18,976 nt of DNA, taken from IMG/VR virus record IMGVR_UViG_3300037189_028117, positions 1-18,976 of that record. One strand, given 5' to 3'. Position 1 is the first letter of the stretch. Each line of letters opens with the position of its first letter. The DNA is from a virus (Duplodnaviria > Heunggongvirae > Uroviricota > Caudoviricetes). The position numbers and the translations under genes are program-made. The notes beneath the pieces were generated by a model. That model made no database searches and was not told the DNA's origin. It saw nothing but the letters and a program-made list of their open reading frames with translations. Positions 15,916 to 18,976 of the stretch are shown one piece after another.

Positions 15916-16326
15916 ATGAATAAGTTATTTTACGTAAGAAAAGCAAACAAAAACACACTATCTAAGACTGAAATTTCTACTTTAAAGAGAGTTTTAGCAA
16001 AGCTAAATCATCCAGTAGAAAAGACTTTGCAAGAATTATTGTCAGTACATAGAGGTGATCCTATTGCATTAGTTGCATGGGAAGGTGCATCATCTGGAAT
16101 CAAATATTCAGTTGTTACAAAGTATGCAAAAGATAAGCAAAATCGAGATAGACAGAAAGTAATCGCTTATGAGCGTCTAAATAAGAAGGCAAGATATATT
16201 GCAACAGAAGCAACATCTAATGTTGATATACTTAAGCTAATTCTTACTGATATTGTAAATAGTGATTTTCCGCAGAGAACTAGGAAAGCAGCTAAGGAGA
16301 TGTTGGAAAACAGATATTCATTCTAA
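15916..16326 (+). CDS. Hypothetical protein (basic)
   Basis: 136-aa ORF with AGAAAGG SD. Confidence 0.8.
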   Translation: MNKLFYVRKANKNTLSKTEISTLKRVLAKLNHPVEKTLQELLSVHRGDPIALVAWEGASSGIKYSVVTKYAKDKQNRDRQKVIAYERLNKKARYIATEATSNVDILKLILTDIVNSDFPQRTRKAAKEMLENRYSF

Positions 16327-16368
16327 TCATCATTACACTTATTTACTTAATATAAGAAAGGCTTAAAA

Positions 16369-16941
16369 ATGAAAAAAACTACATGTGTATTTGGTGATTT
16401 AACCGCTCTATATTCTGCTCGATCAAAAGACAGAAAACCAATTAATTATTCTAAATTGAATTCTATTATTTGTAAACATCTAAATATAGAATCACTTTCT
16501 GATGAATTAATTGATGATAATACTTTCTATACTCTTTTTTCCGAAACAAATGAAAAACAAGTTTCATTTGTTAAGGGACTTTCCGACTTTGGTTGGAATG
16601 TTGAGACAATGAATCCAAAAGATATACCAAGACATCTTAATTGGCAAAACTATAGATTTGATACAAAAATCTCTTACCAAATTGGTTTGGGTGTAGACAA
16701 TCTATTTCTAATAACAGACTCTTTTGATCTTTATCCAATTATCAAAGCGGTCAAAGAAGAAAACTCTGACAATCAAGTTTGTTTGGCTTTCTTTGGTTCT
16801 TCATTGGACCCTAAGTGGTGGAAAGTTCTTAGAGAAGAAAATAATTTCATCAAATTTGTTGATCTTGATAAAGAACTTTATTCTCAAAGGGGTCTTGACA
16901 ATGAGTCGGATTCGGAGGATAATCTTCCCAAAGCAAGTTAA
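16369..16941 (+). CDS. NYN/LabA-like PIN-fold protein (divergent)
   Basis: VFGDLTAL, INYSKL, RFDTKI and LITDSFDLYPII parallel the NYN blocks (xxVDGxN, KxVD, LxSGDxDFxP). AGAAAGG SD. Confidence 0.6.
   Translation: MKKTTCVFGDLTALYSARSKDRKPINYSKLNSIICKHLNIESLSDELIDDNTFYTLFSETNEKQVSFVKGLSDFGWNVETMNPKDIPRHLNWQNYRFDTKISYQIGLGVDNLFLITDSFDLYPIIKAVKEENSDNQVCLAFFGSSLDPKWWKVLREENNFIKFVDLDKELYSQRGLDNESDSEDNLPKAS
16895..16923 (+). promoter_or_regulatory. sigma70-type promoter in the 3' end of the NYN-like gene
   Basis: TTGACA (16895-16900), 17 nt, GATAAT (16918-16923). Confidence 0.65.
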
Positions 16942-16947
16942 ATAGGA

Positions 16948-16976
16948 TTGACCGGCTCTTCAAAAGGGCCGGTCAA
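16948..16976. terminator. GC-rich stem-loop (terminator-like, no clear U tract)
   Basis: TTGACCGGCTCTT-CAA-AAGGGCCGGTCAA: 13-bp stem with one G-U pair, directly after the stop at 16941. Confidence 0.55.
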
Positions 16977-16985
16977 ATCATTAAT

Positions 16986-17423
16986 ATGAAAACACTTCGT
17001 CATTTTTCTTATGAAGAAATAATTTCTTATATTCCCGAAAAACCAAATAATTCAAAAATAATTATTGACAATTATACATTTAAAACTGGTTCAGACCGTT
17101 TGGTGTTGTTTAAAAAAAACAATAAATGTGTTTGTTGTGATCTAGTTGGAAATAAATTTCTTCTTCAAATAGAAGATAATCATTATTCTCCACACTTAAA
17201 TCTTTATAATGATGATATTTTATTTACAAAAGATCATATCTTGCCAAAAAAACTTGGTGGAAAAGATCATATAAGTAATTATCAAACTTTATGTTTGGTT
17301 TGTAATCAATTAAAAGCTCATTATTTAGTAAATTTAAACACTCTTAAAGAAGCAAAAAAAATGCTTGATGAAAATGTTTCAAAATTATCAATAGAAAATT
17401 ATTTAATAAATAACCAATTATGA
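16986..17423 (+). CDS. HNH endonuclease
   Basis: KCVCC, FTKDHILPKKLGGKDHISNYQTLCLVCNQLK. Confidence 0.88.
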   Translation: MKTLRHFSYEEIISYIPEKPNNSKIIIDNYTFKTGSDRLVLFKKNNKCVCCDLVGNKFLLQIEDNHYSPHLNLYNDDILFTKDHILPKKLGGKDHISNYQTLCLVCNQLKAHYLVNLNTLKEAKKMLDENVSKLSIENYLINNQL

Positions 17424-17430
17424 GGGTACT

Positions 17431-17583
17431 ATGAAACCAAGAAAAAAGAAACATAGAAATATTCTTTTGGCGGTGATTCTTAAAACCGACCCTAATATTG
17501 TAAAAACTAGGGTAAAAAAATCCGAAAAAGGAAAAGGCAGAAAGAACCGACCAAGAAAAAAGAAGGTTGATCTTGATAGTTGA
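17431..17583 (+). CDS. Small basic protein resembling alternative ribosome-rescue factor ArfA (50 aa)
   Basis: GAGG SD at 17422-17425; MKPRKKKHRNILLAVILKTDPNIVKTRVKKSEKGKGRKNRPRKKKVDLDS. The DP..RVxKxxKGKG pattern matches ArfA as recalled from E. coli. Not in the ORF track. Confidence 0.6.
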   Translation: MKPRKKKHRNILLAVILKTDPNIVKTRVKKSEKGKGRKNRPRKKKVDLDS

Positions 17584-18136
17584 CTTAAGTGAAATTAAAA
17601 AAAATATAGCATTTAAAAAAATAAATAAAAATATTAAAAATCAAATTCTAAATATAAACGAAGATACTGATTATTTATCTTCTGGAGTGGAAGGTGATGT
17701 ATATGATTTAGGTTTTAACAAGGTTATCAAGTTTTCAAATTTTAATAATGAAGTATTTTCTTCAGATATTAAGATAATACTTAAAACTTTAAAGTTTATA
17801 AAAGAAAACAAACAAAGAAATTTGCCAAAAGTTTATGATTTTGGTAAGATTGATAAAAATATATATTTTTATATTTGCGAAAAACTATTTCCAATCTCCA
17901 ATAAAGAACAACGTATAATTGGAAAGTTATATGAAATATACGAAGATCAAAATAAAATAAACTTAAAAACAAAAAATGAAAAAATAATTAATGATTACAT
18001 TAATATTTTCAAAAATAAAAACTTTCTGGTAAATGATCTTCATGAATCAAATATAATGAAAGATAAAAGAGGAAGTTATAAACTTTGCGATTTAGGTTGC
18101 GTAAGATTAAATCCATTACTTAAAAAAATAAAATGA
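17567..18136 (+). CDS. Minimal protein-kinase-like protein
   Basis: Gly loop LSSGVEGDVY, KVIK, catalytic loop DLHESN, DFG-equivalent DLG. Confidence 0.75.
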   Translation: MILIVDLSEIKKNIAFKKINKNIKNQILNINEDTDYLSSGVEGDVYDLGFNKVIKFSNFNNEVFSSDIKIILKTLKFIKENKQRNLPKVYDFGKIDKNIYFYICEKLFPISNKEQRIIGKLYEIYEDQNKINLKTKNEKIINDYINIFKNKNFLVNDLHESNIMKDKRGSYKLCDLGCVRLNPLLKKIK

Positions 18137-18147
18137 AAGGTCGTACT

Positions 18148-18717
18148 ATGAGTCAAAATTTCCCAATGCCATCCCCCAATAGAAACATTTACTTTTTTGA
18201 ACAAGTAAATCAGCAATCAGTTTTGAACGCAACAAAATCAATTCTAGAAATAAATGCTGCCGATGAATATCTTAAAGATTACTATAAAGTCTATGGTTTA
18301 GTTTACGAACCAAAACCAATTAAAGTTTATATTGACTCTTATGGAGGGATGGTTTATCAAATTCTTGGTTTAGTTTCTGTGGTTGAAAATAGTAAGGCAG
18401 AAATCCATACAATTTGCACTGGAACCGCAATGTCAGCAGGAGCAATATTCTTAATGTCTGGACATAAGCGTTTTGCTTACAAAAACTCAACCGTTATGAT
18501 TCATCAAGTTAGCTCAGGGACATTTGGTGCATTAAAAGAAATGGAAGATAATGTTCATGAAGCCAAAAGACTTAATGATAACCTTTGTAAAATAATTACT
18601 GAGAAAACTAAAATTAAACAACCAACACTAAATAAACTATATAAAGAAAAAACTGATTGGTACTTAAACAGCCAAGAAGCAAAGAAAAACGGAATAATTG
18701 ATGACATTATTGAATAA
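18148..18717 (+). CDS. clpP: ATP-dependent Clp protease proteolytic subunit
   Basis: YIDSYGG, AMSAG (catalytic Ser), MIHQ (His), TDWY (Asp), EAKKNGIIDDI. Start set at ATG 18148 after GAAAGG. Confidence 0.92.
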   Translation: MSQNFPMPSPNRNIYFFEQVNQQSVLNATKSILEINAADEYLKDYYKVYGLVYEPKPIKVYIDSYGGMVYQILGLVSVVENSKAEIHTICTGTAMSAGAIFLMSGHKRFAYKNSTVMIHQVSSGTFGALKEMEDNVHEAKRLNDNLCKIITEKTKIKQPTLNKLYKEKTDWYLNSQEAKKNGIIDDIIE

Positions 18718-18976
18718 GTTATATTCTAGAACTTCTATTGGTCAAGTTGCCGAATGGCAAATTGAAGTTAATGGAGATTCCTATAGAACTCATGAAGGTA
18801 TAGTTGGAGGAAAAATAACTACATCTAACTATACCAAATGTGAACCAAAAAATATAGGAAAGAAAAATGAGACTTCCGCAGAGGAACAAGCTTTAAAAGA
18901 AGCTCAAGCAAAACATAAGAAAAAGATTGAATCTGGATATTTTGAAAATATAAACGAAATTGACAATCAGATTTAT
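18701..18976 (+). CDS. 5' part of a probable phage ATP-dependent DNA ligase (runs off the window)
   Basis: MTLLNKLYSRTSIGQVAEWQIEV...KNIGKKNETSAEEQALKEAQAKHKKKIESGY resembles the N-terminal module I recall from large-phage DNA ligases. The catalytic motif is not in the window. Confidence 0.6.
   Translation, partial: MTLLNKLYSRTSIGQVAEWQIEVNGDSYRTHEGIVGGKITTSNYTKCEPKNIGKKNETSAEEQALKEAQAKHKKKIESGYFENINEIDNQIY

Noticed and set aside
1670-16945. Alternative-frame + strand ORFs 1670-1876, 8244-8513, 13290-13529 and 16724-16945
   Set aside because: They lie inside longer genes with conserved motifs; expected by chance in AT-rich DNA.
1-18976. tRNA, rRNA, integrase or transposase
   Set aside because: No cloverleaf-like or rRNA-like GC-rich segment and no recombinase motifs were found by eye; a covariance-model scan would be needed to exclude small RNAs.

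Overview
Very AT-rich, gene-dense window with essentially all credible genes on the + strand, joined by ATGA/TAATG stop-start overlaps. It carries Shine-Dalgarno-like sites (GAGG, AGAAAGG) and sigma70-type promoters. This organisation and gene content fit a large (jumbo) bacteriophage genome; that is an inference, because no hallmark structural gene is in the window. Recognisable products: AAA ATPase, two calcineurin-like metallophosphoesterases, two HNH endonucleases, UvsE, a DRB0094-type RNA ligase, an ImmA/IrrE-like metallopeptidase, an MJ1255/VC2487-like glycosyltransferase, a UvrD/Rep-like helicase, a NYN-like protein, a minimal kinase, ClpP and the N-terminus of a probable DNA ligase. 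The left 10.6 kb holds eight paralogues (one disrupted) of a small 23-aa tryptophan-repeat protein whose repeats vary mainly at W-x-x-I-S-x-x-Q. Fifteen genes there, related and unrelated, end in the same C-terminal motif (consensus L-K-E-I-I-stop), usually overlapping the next start codon; the motif disappears after 10628. An unlisted 50-aa ORF at 17431-17583 resembles ribosome-rescue factor ArfA. All family calls are from motifs read by eye; no searches were run.
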